Notes under the pieces: generated by a model
What the model saw: only the letters and a program-made list of their open reading frames with translations
Database searches by the model: none
Told to the model about the DNA's origin: nothing
NCBI GenBank assembly: GCA_963821525.1
Contig: CAWGED010000004.1
Location: 320,001 to 384,000 of the forward strand
Direction: 5' to 3'
Source: an uncultured Gemmatimonadales bacterium
GTDB taxonomy: Bacteria > Gemmatimonadota > Gemmatimonadetes > Gemmatimonadales > GWC2-71-9
DNA length: 64,000 bases
Part shown: in pieces, positions 30,078-41,334 of the stretch
How positions within the stretch are numbered: the first letter of the stretch is position 1
Layout: every line of letters begins with the position of its first letter
Translations under genes and position numbers: made by a program

Positions 30078-31412
30078 ATGCGCCCCAGACTGCCGGCCTA
30101 CGTTCTTGTTCTCGGCCTAGCCTCAGGCTGCGCCGGCGGCCCGCCGCCGGCAGTGACACCCCAGGACGTCCCCGCCCTCGAGAGCCAGAGCCAGCGCAAT
30201 CCCACCGACCCTGAGTTGATGACTCGGCTGGGTGTCGCCTACTACGAAACCAGGAATTACGACCGGGCTCGCGACGTCCTGCAGAGCAGTCTCGCGCTCG
30301 ACAAGAACAGCTACAGCACGCTGGTCTATCTCGGGCTGACTTATGAGGAGCTGGGACAGCTGGATTCGGCCCGGGCGTCATACAACAAGGCGTCCGCGCT
30401 CACCAAGAGCCAGGATCAGCGCAACGAGATCAGCAACCGCCTGGCCCTCCTTACCCGCAAGGAACTGCATCAGGCTGCGCGCAATGCGCTGGCCCAGGAG
30501 GCGACGCTGTCGCAGCAAGCCCCGACGGCGAATGCCATCGCGGTTCTTCCAGTCCGTTATTTCGGAAGTGATACCGCGTTGCGCCCGCTCGAGCGGGGGG
30601 TGACTCACCTCATGATCACCGACTTGAGCAAGGTCGGCCGATTGCGGCTGCTCGAGCGGGAGCGGGTGCAGGCCCTGGTAGACGAGATGAAGCTCTCCGA
30701 CGAGGGGAGAACGGATCCGGCGACGGGCGCACGCTCAGGACGGCTGCTCCGGGCGGAACGCGTGGTTCAGGGCTCGCTGCAGGAAGTCCCCGCCAGCGGT
30801 CAGCTCAAGCTCGACGCCGATGTGGTTAACACGGAGACCGCAGGAGTGCAGGCCACTGGTTCGGCCTCGGACAGGCTCCAGCAGCTGTTCGATATCGAGA
30901 AACAGGTGGTGATGCAGTTGTTGCAGCGGCTGAACATCATCCTTTCTCCCGCCGAGCAGCGCGCTCTCAGCGAGCGCCCGACAGCTGATCTTCAGGCCTT
31001 CCTCGCCTTCAGCCGAGGGCTCGAGGCGGAAGACCGTGGTGACTACCAAGCCGCCGAAGCTGCTTATAACGAGGCGATTGCCAGAGATCCCAACTTCCGC
31101 GCCGCGAAGGAGCGGAGAGACGAGATGGTTCGGGTCTCCAGCGCGGCCAGTCTCCCGCCCCAGCAGTTTGCCGGCCTCGAGCGCCCCGGCCCTGGCACGG
31201 TGCCGGGTCCAGGACTGGGCCGCGAGGCGACGACGCTCGAGACCGCCGTAACCATCACGGTCCCGAGCACAGGCGGCGGACTCATCAATCGGATCGGTCC
31301 GATCTCGACGCCTCCCCCAGCGAATCGGCCGTCGTTGCCAGAGGCAAGCGGAACCGATGCCCCGGGCGGTGGCCTCTTCGGAATCATCACCATCATCGTG
31401 ACCCGGCCGTGA
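30078..31412 (+). CDS. TPR plus CsgG/HfaB-like domain lipoprotein
   Basis: ASGC lipobox, TPRs (LGVAYY, LGLTYEELG), IAVLP...LRLLERERVQALVDEMKL...GRLLRAERVVQGS. Confidence 0.75.
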   Translation: MRPRLPAYVLVLGLASGCAGGPPPAVTPQDVPALESQSQRNPTDPELMTRLGVAYYETRNYDRARDVLQSSLALDKNSYSTLVYLGLTYEELGQLDSARASYNKASALTKSQDQRNEISNRLALLTRKELHQAARNALAQEATLSQQAPTANAIAVLPVRYFGSDTALRPLERGVTHLMITDLSKVGRLRLLERERVQALVDEMKLSDEGRTDPATGARSGRLLRAERVVQGSLQEVPASGQLKLDADVVNTETAGVQATGSASDRLQQLFDIEKQVVMQLLQRLNIILSPAEQRALSERPTADLQAFLAFSRGLEAEDRGDYQAAEAAYNEAIARDPNFRAAKERRDEMVRVSSAASLPPQQFAGLERPGPGTVPGPGLGREATTLETAVTITVPSTGGGLINRIGPISTPPPANRPSLPEASGTDAPGGGLFGIITIIVTRP

Positions 31413-32527
31413 GGGCGCCTCTCCGGGCGGGACTGCTCGTTGCCACGCTCCTCGGCCCCGCCGCAAGGTCGGGACAGGCTCAGAGCTTGTTCGGTCCGGC
31501 GAGCATTGGAGGAGGAGCCGAGGGTCGGAGATACGAGTTCGAAGAAGGCTACGTCGTTCACGCGATTCGGCAGTTCGCTTACCCCGTGGCGGTGCTGATC
31601 CCCTTCGGGAAGCGATTCTCGGTGGACATTGGGACCGCTTACGCCACGACGACGGTAGCCGATGCCATCGGCAGGGAAGCATCCTTCTCCGGTTTTACCG
31701 ATACCCAGCTCCGCGGCTCCTACGTTTTCGGGAATGATCGGGTAGTCACCTCCCTGATGGTAAATATTCCGACGGGTCAGGAGACCCAGTCGCTGAAGGA
31801 GTTCAACGTCACTTCGAACGTGGCCTCGAACTTCCTGCTCTTCCCAGTCAATTCCTATGGCAACGGCTTCTCGGCCACGGGTGGTCTCGCGGTAGCGATT
31901 CCGGCGGGAAGCTGGAATGTCGGAGTCGCAGGAAGTCTCCGGCTGAATTCAGAGTACCAGCCCTTCAGCGAGGCGGGATCGACTTCGGTTCGCTACCAGC
32001 CCGGTCTCGAGGGCCGGATCCGCGCAGGCGCCGACCGGCTGATCGGATCCTCACGCCTCGCGCTCGGCCTGACCTTCAGCACCTTCGACAACGATCAGTT
32101 CAGCGGCCTTGCAACCGGAAGTGGTCGGTACAGTCCCGGCAACCGACTGATCGGCGAGGTGAATCTGACCTCTCCTGCCGGCTCCGGCAGCATCACCGCT
32201 TATGCCTGGGACTTCTATCGCACCGCCGGCGACAATTCGGCGGTCGCCACCTCCAACAAAGAGAACGTGCTCACCTTCGGGCTTTCCGGCGGATGGCCAC
32301 TCGGCCGCACGGTTCAGTTGCAGCCGCTGGCGGAAGCACGGCTCTGGTCTCCGGATGAGGGAAGCGGCCAACTTTATGGCGCCGGTGCTGCCCTGCGCTT
32401 CACGCTATCTCCTCGACTCGTCTTCGCTCCCGGTGGTCGATTCGACTTTGGATCGATCGAGCAACTCGGGACATCCTACTCGCTGACCGGCTGGGGATTC
32501 TCCGGGCTTCTGCGGTATAACTTCTGA
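31409..32527 (+). CDS. Outer-membrane beta-barrel protein
   Basis: Signal peptide, amphipathic strands, terminal LRYNF. Confidence 0.7.
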   Translation: MRAPLRAGLLVATLLGPAARSGQAQSLFGPASIGGGAEGRRYEFEEGYVVHAIRQFAYPVAVLIPFGKRFSVDIGTAYATTTVADAIGREASFSGFTDTQLRGSYVFGNDRVVTSLMVNIPTGQETQSLKEFNVTSNVASNFLLFPVNSYGNGFSATGGLAVAIPAGSWNVGVAGSLRLNSEYQPFSEAGSTSVRYQPGLEGRIRAGADRLIGSSRLALGLTFSTFDNDQFSGLATGSGRYSPGNRLIGEVNLTSPAGSGSITAYAWDFYRTAGDNSAVATSNKENVLTFGLSGGWPLGRTVQLQPLAEARLWSPDEGSGQLYGAGAALRFTLSPRLVFAPGGRFDFGSIEQLGTSYSLTGWGFSGLLRYNF

Positions 32528-32699
32528 CAAACTATAGATTTAGGTTAGCACGATCGGCCGGGCTTATTCTGATCCAATAGTAGTAGTGCTAGCTACGCCT
32601 TATGGAGAAAGCGGGACCAGTCTTATTTCCCGCTCCGAAGGCCTAGGCGCAATCGCTTGACTGGCACAGCGGGCAACGATACGTTGGCCCGCCCGAAAT

Positions 32700-33056
32700 T
32701 TGGAGGACAGCTTGGCTTCGGAACTCGGCGGCTCCCAGATCTCGACGCTCCTGGAGACTCTGCCTGGCATCGCAAACGTTCTGCGAAGCCCGGTGGCCGA
32801 TGCGTTGCTTAACGTGATTCGCTCCGCGGCACGACTCGCGGAATTTCAGATTGCCGATGCGGATGAGCTGGTGAAGTACGCGGTGCGGCGGGGACTGGTG
32901 GGGGCGGAAGAGGGCGACCGGGTTCTGATGGAGATCCACGCGGCCCATCAGCGCCGGATCGAGAAGTCCGAGGCTCGGATCCGGCCGGTTAAGGCGAAGG
33001 CGAAACCCAAGGCCAAGCCGCGTGCAACGAAGCGGCCGGCGAAGAAGCGCCGGTAG
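32700..33056 (+). CDS. Hypothetical protein with Lys/Ala/Pro-rich basic tail
   Basis: Typical codon usage; tail KAKAKPKAKPRATKRPAKKRR. Confidence 0.6.
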   Translation: MEDSLASELGGSQISTLLETLPGIANVLRSPVADALLNVIRSAARLAEFQIADADELVKYAVRRGLVGAEEGDRVLMEIHAAHQRRIEKSEARIRPVKAKAKPKAKPRATKRPAKKRR

Positions 33057-33071
33057 AGCAGTAGTCCAACC

Positions 33072-34766
33072 TCAGGTTCTGAATCCCTCGACCAGTTTGC
33101 TGAGTCGGCCAGACGCGTCGAGCAACTCGCTCGCCGAGCTGGCCATGTCCTCGGTTGACGCGCTCTGCTCTTCGGCCGCGGCTGAGACCTCCTCGCTGCT
33201 GGAGGCATGATCCGCGGCGGAGCGGGAGACTCCCACGGTCCGTTCCGCCAGATCCGCCACGACAACCCGATTCTCCTCAGTATGCTTGGCCACCATCGCG
33301 GCTGCTTCCTGCACCTCAGCGATGGCCTTGCCGATTTCCTCGAAGCCTTTCCCCACTGCTTCGGCGACATGCTCGATCCCGCTGACCTTGTTGGTGCCCA
33401 CCTGCATCGTCTCTGACACTTCCCGCACCTGGGTGCGGATGAATTCGACGGTCTTGGTCACTTCCTCGGCGGCCCGGGCGCTGGAGTCCGCGAGCTGACG
33501 GACCTCTTCGGCCACCACCGCGAAGCCGCGGCCGTGCTCGCCCGCCCGGGCCGCCTCGATGGCTGCGTTCAGCGCCAGAAGGTTGGTCTGCGAGGAGATC
33601 TGCTTGATCAGGTCGATGAACTGAGTGATCTGCTCCGACCGAGCGGCCAAGGCTCGCACCTGCTGGGCCGAAGTGGTCACGACTTCACGCACGTCCAGGA
33701 GGGTACGCCGCGCAGTCTCGACATCGGCGTGGTGCCGCGCGGAGACCCGACGGATCTCTTCGCCGAGGCGGACGACGCGTCCCGCGGCCTCGGCGTTGGT
33801 GGCGGCACCGCTCCGCAGAGCGGCGAGGAGCTGATCCGCTTCTGACATGCCGTGCCGCTGCTGCTCGGCGCCGGCCGAGATCTTCACCATCGCGGCGGAG
33901 ATCTGGCCGCTCGACGCGGCGATCTCCTCGCTCATCGCCGAAAAATCTCCCGCGCTGGCGCCCAGGTGCGAGGACTCCTTCACCACCGCCGCGACCACCC
34001 CGCGCAGCTGTCCCGCCATGTTGTCCAGCGCCCGGGCCAATCTCGCCAGCTCCTGAGGCATGTCGGAGAGCTGAATAGCCCGCAGGTCTCCCGCGCCGAA
34101 GCGATCGGCCGCGGCGATCAGCCGGTTGAGCTGCCGGTCCACTTCTCGCACGGTCCAGGTGGAGGCGCCGGCGCCGACCACGAGCGCGATGATGCACAGC
34201 AGAATGACCAGCGCCTGGTTGCGGCTGGCCTTTCCACGGAGAGCCTGTGCCCGGTTCAACGCCTGCTCGGCCTGCGCGTCGCTGAGGCGGCGCACGTCGG
34301 CAACAAGGCTGTCGGTCGCACCGCTGGCCCGCGCCGCGATGGCCCGGGCCTGGTCAGGCTTCCCGATGTCGGAGAGCGCGTGGGCGGTGGCGTACGCCAC
34401 CTCGAGAGTCGCCTGATTGGCGGCGATCTCATTCACGATCCGGCGATCGGCATTGCTGAGGGTCTTCAGTTCGCGGTAGCGAGACTGATACGAGTAGGCA
34501 GAATCGCCGTTCGCAACGAACTCTTCCTTCACCTCGGGACTCGGGTTCAGCAGGTAATGCTCCGCGGCGCGAATCTCCCCCAGCACGGAGGTGACCAGGG
34601 CGTTGGCGATTTCGGCGCCGGTTTGCACCGTCTGCATATCCGTCTCGACCGTACGGCTGATCGAACGGATCGACCAGGCGCCGAGCACCGTCATGGCCAG
34701 CACCAGGACCATCAACGCCGCCATCATGACGCCAATCAGGCGGCGAAGGCTGTGCGACAGTTTCAC
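33072..34766 (-). CDS. Methyl-accepting chemotaxis protein
   Basis: Two TMs, [38 protein letters not shown]. Confidence 0.95.
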   Translation of the reverse strand: MKLSHSLRRLIGVMMAALMVLVLAMTVLGAWSIRSISRTVETDMQTVQTGAEIANALVTSVLGEIRAAEHYLLNPSPEVKEEFVANGDSAYSYQSRYRELKTLSNADRRIVNEIAANQATLEVAYATAHALSDIGKPDQARAIAARASGATDSLVADVRRLSDAQAEQALNRAQALRGKASRNQALVILLCIIALVVGAGASTWTVREVDRQLNRLIAAADRFGAGDLRAIQLSDMPQELARLARALDNMAGQLRGVVAAVVKESSHLGASAGDFSAMSEEIAASSGQISAAMVKISAGAEQQRHGMSEADQLLAALRSGAATNAEAAGRVVRLGEEIRRVSARHHADVETARRTLLDVREVVTTSAQQVRALAARSEQITQFIDLIKQISSQTNLLALNAAIEAARAGEHGRGFAVVAEEVRQLADSSARAAEEVTKTVEFIRTQVREVSETMQVGTNKVSGIEHVAEAVGKGFEEIGKAIAEVQEAAAMVAKHTEENRVVVADLAERTVGVSRSAADHASSSEEVSAAAEEQSASTEDMASSASELLDASGRLSKLVEGFRT

Positions 34767-35902
34767 TGGCCCCCCGCGGGCTGAACGTTGGCTCCCTGCA
34801 CGATCCCGATGATCACACGCTGCTCCGGTACGTCGCCATTCTCGTCGAAGGCGATTTTTCCGGTGACTCCTTCGAAAGCCGGCGTGGTGCGACCGACCGC
34901 CGCGACGGCGTCACGAATCGCTTTGCGGTTGGTGCCCGCGGATTCGATCACGTCGCGCAGCAGGTACACCACGTCATAGGTCGCCGCGGCGGGCTGGTTC
35001 GGCAGGCCCGCGTCGGGATACTTGCGCCGGTAAGACACGGTGAACTGGCGATTCTTGGGGCTGTTGACCCCCGGAAGATACGCGGCGGAGACGTAAGTGC
35101 CTTCCGCCAGCGGGCCCGCTTCTTCGATACCTTCGAGTCCGTCGCCGCCCATGAAGGGAACCTTGAGTCCGCGCTTCCGGGCGCCAAGGAGCGCCTCCTC
35201 GGCCTCGCTGCGGTTGCCCGCGACGAGAACAAACTGGCTGCGCTTTCGCAGGACGATCCGGTCCAGGTAGGCGTCTACGTTCGGCGTGCTGCCCAGATAG
35301 GGATCGGACTCGAGCACGGTGCCGCCCCGCTGGGTGAATTCGGCAGCGAAGGTCCGCCGGATGCCGCGGCCATAGTCGTCGTTCAGGTACAGGATCGCGC
35401 CACGGTCGAGCCCGAGCTGTTCCCTGGCGTAGCGAGCGAGTGCCGCACCGTGGGCCATGTCGCTGGGGCAGACCCGGAAGGTGTAGGCGCCGGCGGTGGT
35501 CACATCCGGCGATGAAGACGAGGGGGAAATCTGGACTACGGGATCGCTTGCGTCGTTATAGACCGGAGCGGCGGCCAGCGTAGTGCCCGAGTACACGTGG
35601 CCGATCACCGCGACGACCCTCTCCCCCACCAGCGCAGACGCGACCGCAACCGCCGAATCGGGATCACCGAAATCGTCCCGGGCCACCAGTTCCAGCGGCC
35701 GTCCCCGCACCCCGCCCGCCGCGTTGATTTCCTCCACGGCCAGTTCGGCCGCCCGCTTCATGGGTGCCCCGACCGGATCGCTGAACGGCCCTGCGAGGCC
35801 TATGCGAATCGGTCCGCCGCTGTCACCACACGCGGCGAGGGAGAGAAGCAGGAGCGACTGGATTTGGACGACAAAGAAGGTGCGACACAAGCGAGCGAGC
35901 AC
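34763..35902 (-). CDS. Branched-chain amino acid (LivJ-like) substrate-binding lipoprotein
   Basis: LAAC lipobox, [40 protein letters not shown]. Confidence 0.9.
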   Translation of the reverse strand: MLARLCRTFFVVQIQSLLLLSLAACGDSGGPIRIGLAGPFSDPVGAPMKRAAELAVEEINAAGGVRGRPLELVARDDFGDPDSAVAVASALVGERVVAVIGHVYSGTTLAAAPVYNDASDPVVQISPSSSSPDVTTAGAYTFRVCPSDMAHGAALARYAREQLGLDRGAILYLNDDYGRGIRRTFAAEFTQRGGTVLESDPYLGSTPNVDAYLDRIVLRKRSQFVLVAGNRSEAEEALLGARKRGLKVPFMGGDGLEGIEEAGPLAEGTYVSAAYLPGVNSPKNRQFTVSYRRKYPDAGLPNQPAAATYDVVYLLRDVIESAGTNRKAIRDAVAAVGRTTPAFEGVTGKIAFDENGDVPEQRVIIGIVQGANVQPAGGQ

Positions 35903-35983
35903 GTAGACTCCATGCAGGTTCGGATGAGGGGCGGACGAAGGCTATAGTTGCGTCGCTCCCGGGGCAATCCCTCTATTCCAGGG

Positions 35984-36268
35984 ATGCAGGAATGGACCTA
36001 CCGCGCCCCGGTGGCGACCTTCGATCTCCACGGGCAAAGCGTGCTCGAGGCGGTTGGCAACGCCGAAGCCTTTCTGGCGGTGCAGGCGCGAGTACGACGC
36101 GGCGCAGTAGTGCGACTGATTACCGGAAGGGGACGCGGTGGTCAGGGCGCACCGATCCGGACTCGGGTACGCAGCCTGCTCAAGCGACTCAGGACCGAAG
36201 GGCGGCTGGTCCGGGACTACCTGCTGGAAGACAGTGAAGGAAGCTTCCTGATTCTGCTTTCTGACTGA
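35984..36268 (+). CDS. Stand-alone Smr (small MutS-related) domain protein
   Basis: FDLHG...VRLITGRG. Confidence 0.85.
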   Translation: MQEWTYRAPVATFDLHGQSVLEAVGNAEAFLAVQARVRRGAVVRLITGRGRGGQGAPIRTRVRSLLKRLRTEGRLVRDYLLEDSEGSFLILLSD

Positions 36269-36269
36269 G

Positions 36270-36800
36270 CTATTTCCCCCCGGTTTCCCGGGTCTTCCCC
36301 CAGTCATCGAGCAAGCGGCCGTCGACCAGGCTGACCGAAGCCAGCTTCTGGCTCTTTTCGATTCGCCAGGTGAGTCGCAGCATCCGGCCCTGCCGGACCC
36401 ACTGCATCATCCACTGGGTGCCCTGGACTCGCGCCCCGACCGATCCGAAGCGGTTTTCGAGAGTGTCTTTCCAGTCGGTGAGCTGTGCGGCGTTCACCGG
36501 ACCGGACAGGGTCAGCACCATGGTGAGGCTGTCGATCGCGGAGAGCCACAGTGAGACGGGCGTCCCGGCCTTGGGATCCCAGAGGTCTGCCCGGCACTCC
36601 GAGACATTGGGATCCCGCTTGGCCTTATCGCAGCGAAGCCGCTTGCCACCGAGTTCCTGCACGAGGTCGGAGACTTCGGTGAGCGAGGCGCCGGCGCGAA
36701 AGCCCAGGAATTCGAGCGGCGGGGGATCGTCGGGCACGGCCGAGGACTGCGCGCTGAGGCAGGGCGCCAGCGCGAGGGCCGCGACCAACGCCGCAAGGCG
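36270..36800 (-). CDS. Secreted hypothetical protein (start uncertain)
   Basis: Signal-like LAALVAALALAPCLSA-Q inside ORF 36270..36938. Confidence 0.55.
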   Translation of the reverse strand, partial: RLAALVAALALAPCLSAQSSAVPDDPPPLEFLGFRAGASLTEVSDLVQELGGKRLRCDKAKRDPNVSECRADLWDPKAGTPVSLWLSAIDSLTMVLTLSGPVNAAQLTDWKDTLENRFGSVGARVQGTQWMMQWVRQGRMLRLTWRIEKSQKLASVSLVDGRLLDDWGKTRETGGK

Positions 36801-36882
36801 CAGGCGACCGCCCCGAGAATCACTCGGGTCAGCCGCCGTCCGCCTTACAGTTGCTGGAAGGGTACGATGGGGTACGACGCGT

Positions 36883-37083
36883 TCAGGCTTTGCGGACGTT
36901 TGACGCCTGCAAGCCCTTCGGGCCTTCGACAATGTCAAATTCTACCTGGTCACCTTCGGCGAGCGAGCGAAATCCATCCATCATGATCGCCGTATGATGG
37001 ACGAACACATCCTTGCCACCCTCTTGGGCGATGAACCCGAACCCCTTCGCATCGTTGAACCACTTCACAGTACCCTTCGCCAT
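36883..37083 (-). CDS. cspA: Cold-shock protein (CspA family)
   Basis: [18 protein letters not shown]...DVFVHH; TTGACA at 37263-37258 implies a long 5' UTR. Confidence 0.95.
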   Translation of the reverse strand: MAKGTVKWFNDAKGFGFIAQEGGKDVFVHHTAIMMDGFRSLAEGDQVEFDIVEGPKGLQASNVRKA

Positions 37084-37289
37084 CGCTGCAACCTCTTTGA
37101 ATGGGAGCTCACCGGCTCCGGAAACATCCCAGCCCGAATGGCCGGGAAAAAAACGAGCCGTCGGAGCAGTTGTCCGAGCGGCGATGACTGCCTGAGATCT
37201 ATGAACTGGAGTTCGACTGCAGAAGCATGGCCATAAGGTCAGGTTCAGGCCGAAACTTGTCAAGAAGGGCGAGTGACCCCCCGGGCGGG

Positions 37290-37817
37290 TTAGACCAGGC
37301 GCACACCGGAGACCCGGATTTCATGGTCGAGGAGCCAGCGCTTCCGGTCCAGCCCCCCACCGTAGCCAACCAATCCCCCGCGCTTCCCCACGACCCGGTG
37401 GCAGGGAATGACGATGGCCAACTTATTGGCCCCGACGAGTTGTCCAATCTGGCGAGCGTGGAAGCCCGTCGCATGGGCCAGCTCCTCGTAGCTTCGAGTT
37501 TCTCCCATGGGGATGTCGCACAGGAGGCTCCAGACTTTCTCCTCCGCCCCGGTCAGCTCCAGATGTTCCCGAAGGTATTCCGGGAAGGGGAAGCCGCGAG
37601 GCCGACCCTGGAAATAGCTCTGAAGCAATCCGACCGTCGTCTGGCAGCGCCCCAGCTCGATCTGCGCGCCCGGCCGGCGGGCTCGCAGGCTCTCGACCCA
37701 TTTCATGCGTCCCGCGCGCAGGGCGTACTCGACAACCATGGGCTGCCCATCCACCTCGGCCAGAATCAGGGAGCCGATCGGGGAAGGGAACGTGGTCCAG
37801 GTATAGTGGGCGGCCAT
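37290..37817 (-). CDS. ogt: Methylated-DNA-protein cysteine S-methyltransferase
   Basis: [16 protein letters not shown] active site, [13 protein letters not shown]. Confidence 0.9.
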   Translation of the reverse strand: MAAHYTWTTFPSPIGSLILAEVDGQPMVVEYALRAGRMKWVESLRARRPGAQIELGRCQTTVGLLQSYFQGRPRGFPFPEYLREHLELTGAEEKVWSLLCDIPMGETRSYEELAHATGFHARQIGQLVGANKLAIVIPCHRVVGKRGGLVGYGGGLDRKRWLLDHEIRVSGVRLV

Positions 37818-38012
37818 GGGTGGTGAGGAGATATCCCGGGAACCATCTCTCGGCAAGGCGCTGCCGCGCTGAAACCAGCCGACCCGCTAATGTCGTAGAC
37901 TCGCCGGAACCCTTATATCTCGCGTCGCGAAGAGAGCTCGGAAGGTCGCCTGATAGCCTCCGGCTGTACTCGTTCCGTAGATTTACCTTCAACTCCCCGC
38001 TCGAGGTTTCTC

Positions 38013-40011
38013 ATGATTGCAGCATTGCTGGTCGTCGCCCTGCTTCAACAACCGACCGCGCCTCCGCCGCCGCCCAAGCCGACGATGCAATCGCCGATTG
38101 CCAAGGCAGTGGTGCAGCCGGCCGAGGCGGCCGTGACGGTGGGCGATACGCTCCGGCTCTCGGTTTCCGCCTTCGATTCAGCCGGGCGGCCCTATACCGA
38201 CTATTCCTCGAACTGGTTCACCTCGGGCGGATTCTTCGAAGGAGGAGTGGACTCGACCGGACTCGTCACCGGCGGATCCACCGGAACTCTCAATGTCACG
38301 GCCCTGGTCCGTCCCAAGAGCGGGGGCAAGCCGGTCACCGCGATAGCGCGAATCACGATCCTGCCTCCTCCGGCCGCCCGCGTCGATCTCGATCCGGTGC
38401 CCACCAAGCTCTACGTCGGGCAATCCGTGCTGATCACCGCGACGCCCTTCGCGGCGAACGATGATCGGCGTTACGACCAGGTCGCCTGGACTTCAGATCG
38501 GGCGGGTGTCGTCACCGTTTCGCCGGAAGGACGCCTCATGGCGAAGGCGGCCGGCAAGGCGAACATCACCGCTACAGCAGGACGCGCGACCAGAACGATC
38601 CCCATCACGGTCGCGGCGAATCCCGTCACCAGCGTCAGTCTCGACCCGGCCAAGACCAGCGTCCGCGCCGGCGACGTCGTCCCGATCAAGTTCTCCGCCA
38701 AGGCGGGAAGTCGTGCCGTGACCGACGCGGTGCCGGAATGGTCCCTCAATCCGGGCACCGGCGCAGGTCGAAAACGACGGTGATTTCGTCGCCGAGGTCC
38801 CGGGACAATATCGGGTGGTGGCAACCTTCGCCGGCCGGTCGGCGGAGTCGATCATCGACGTGAGGCCTCGCGATGTCCGCCGGCCCACCGAGCTGGTCGG
38901 GCGCCTTCCGATCAAGGGACAGGCGGCAGAGTTCTGGCTCCATCCCGACGGGAAGCACGGCTACCTCAGCACCATCGGCGACCGGATCTATGCGATCGAT
39001 CTGTCTGATCCGACCAAGCCAACCATCACCGATTCCGTGGTCGTTGACGCGCGTACCATCAACGACGTAATGACGACCGAAGACGGGAAGTACGGCGTGC
39101 TCACCCGCGAGGGATCATCGGTGCGCAAGAACGGGATCGTGGTGCTCTCTTTCGAGGATCCCGCACATCCAAAGCCGATCGCCGATTTCACCGAGACGGT
39201 TACCGGCGGTGTCCACAGCACCTTCATCTACAAGGGCTATGTCTATTTGACGGACGATGCCACCGGCTCGATGCGGGTGATCGACATTCGAGATCCCTAC
39301 AAGCCGAAGCAGGTCGCGCGCTGGGAAACGCCTCGATCGGCAGCGGGCCGGATGCTCCACGACATCGATGTCCAGGACGGGCTTGCCTATCTGAGCTACT
39401 GGAATGACGGACTGGTGATCCTCGATGTCGGTAAGGGCGTCAAGGGCGGCAGTCCGGAGAACCCGCAACTCGTCTCCCAGTACAAATACGACCTCAACGC
39501 CCTGTATCGAGATGTCGAGGCAGTCGGCGGACCGGGCTTCATTCGCGGTACCCACACCGCCTGGCGCGCAGGCAAGTATGTCTTCGTGGGAGATGAAGTC
39601 TTCTCCGCCAAGCCGCGGCCTACCGAAGGCGGCGGCGTAGTCGGACTGGGCCGTGCCTATGGCCGGCTGCACGTGATCGACGTCTCTGATATCGAGCATC
39701 CCAAGAGCGTCGCCTACTACGAGCCCAAGGACGGCGGCAGCCACAACGTTTGGGTCGCCGGCGATACGCTCTACCTCGGTGACTATCAGGGTGGCCTTCG
39801 GGTGCTCGATATCTCCGGCGAGCTGCGGGGCGACCTGCTGAGGCAGGGCCGGGAGATTGCCCACGTGGTGACCGGAGACAAGGCAGGGAACGTCCCCAAC
39901 GCGGCCAACGCCTGGGGAGCGATTTATCGGGACGGCTACATCTACGTTCCGGACATCAATTCGGGCCTGTGGATTGTGCGGGTGGATTCGAAATCGGAGT
40001 TGAACCCATAG
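38013..40011 (+). CDS. Secreted Ig-like (Big_2) plus LVIVD-repeat protein; frameshift near 38760
   Basis: VAWTSD...VVTVSPEGRL.A.A.G.ANITAT Ig motifs; repeats GLVILDV, RLHVIDVSD, GLRVLDIS. Confidence 0.8.
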
Positions 40012-40012
40012 A

Positions 40013-40112
40013 GGTCAGCCGTCAGCCGTAAGCCGTCAGCCGTGGGCGCCAAGCCGGGGTATAAGAGCTTGGGCCAAGGCTTACGGCTTATTGCTTAACG
40101 CCTACGGCTGTC
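40013..40112. repeat. Inverted heptamer array (GTCAGCC/GTAAGCC x4 ... GGCTTAC-type x5)
   Basis: Starts right after the stop codon. Confidence 0.9.
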
Positions 40113-40161
40113 GCTCCCAGAGAGTCGGCCGGGAACCCAGGCCTCGACTATATTTGGTGCA

Positions 40162-40773
40162 ATGACGACCCCGCAAACCCTGACCATCCGCAGCTTCACC
40201 GACCGGGCTGAAGCGTTGGCGCACTTTGTCTTACGCGCCGGTGAAGCCCCCCGGATTCTGGCGTTCGACGATGCCGTTGGCTGTCCGCTGGACATCGCCC
40301 TGGCGGCGCTCGAATGGACCAAGGTGGTGGGAATCCTCAAGGACGACGACACCGTGCACGCGGCCCGGCTCACCAACGAGACCGCGGCGGCGGTGATCGA
40401 ACGGAAGGGGGAGAACGGGCGCCAATTCGTGTACCTTGGCCCCCGACTCGACGCGCCGCCGATGGACGTATTCGAAGGCGCGGTCCTTTTCGACGAACCG
40501 GGGGTAAAGGCCGTCGAGTTCAGCCAGCGGGCCCACGCGCTGGCTCATTTTCTTCGGGCAACGGCGGGCGTCGGTGCCTTGCTGGCGCTGCTCGGACGAC
40601 GGGCTCCGGAAATCCGGCACCTCCGGCGCTGGCTGGGTCCAATCCTGGCAGAGCTCGACCAGCCGCGCGCCCTCGTTGCGGGCTGGTTCGCCGCCAGCTC
40701 GGCTGGCTGTCTGCTCGCGCCGTGTGATACCGAGGCCAACTTTCGTTACATCGAAGTCGGAATGGAATCGTGA
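40162..40773 (+). CDS. Hypothetical protein with internal duplication
   Basis: SFTDRAEALAHFVLRAG versus EFSQRAHALAHFLRATAG. Confidence 0.7.
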   Translation: MTTPQTLTIRSFTDRAEALAHFVLRAGEAPRILAFDDAVGCPLDIALAALEWTKVVGILKDDDTVHAARLTNETAAAVIERKGENGRQFVYLGPRLDAPPMDVFEGAVLFDEPGVKAVEFSQRAHALAHFLRATAGVGALLALLGRRAPEIRHLRRWLGPILAELDQPRALVAGWFAASSAGCLLAPCDTEANFRYIEVGMES

Positions 40774-41334
40774 CCGGTAAATCTCTCTTCTTCGCCCTGC
40801 TGCTTCTGCCTTCCGCAGCCCACGCCCAGCAGGTCATTACTCCCAACACGCGCGCACCGCTTTCTCCCGAGAAGGCCAAGATTCACACTGCTCTCGTGAC
40901 TCTGCGTGACTCGCTGCTGGCGGTCCAAAGCGCCGGAGGGCGGCTGGAACGCGATCTCCGCAGCAGCTCCGACGCGGTGCTTCGTTCCCGGGCGCGGACC
41001 ATCAGTGCGGCCTGCGCGAGCTCGAGCCGGGCAGCCGATTCGGCCCAGCAAACGATCTCTGCCAGCCCTGAGCCGGCCAAGGACCCCAAGAAGACACGCC
41101 AGGCATTGCTGGCCTCCCTCAAGGACCTTCGCGGTTCCCTCGACAAGTGCACGGCGGACTTCACCTCATACATCGACCCCGCCAACGCTGAAGATCTGCG
41201 TGGATACGGAGTCAGCCGGTCCAGCAAGACGGACGATGCCATCCAGCGCTACGGCGTCCCGCTTACAGCAGTACTTGGGCTTACTGGACATCGTTATCGA
41301 GCCTGAACTCGGCGCTCGACCCTCCACACCGTAA
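40770..41334 (+). CDS. Secreted helical hypothetical protein; probable frameshift near 41270
   Basis: Signal peptide ending AHA-Q; GTGA overlap. Confidence 0.6.
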
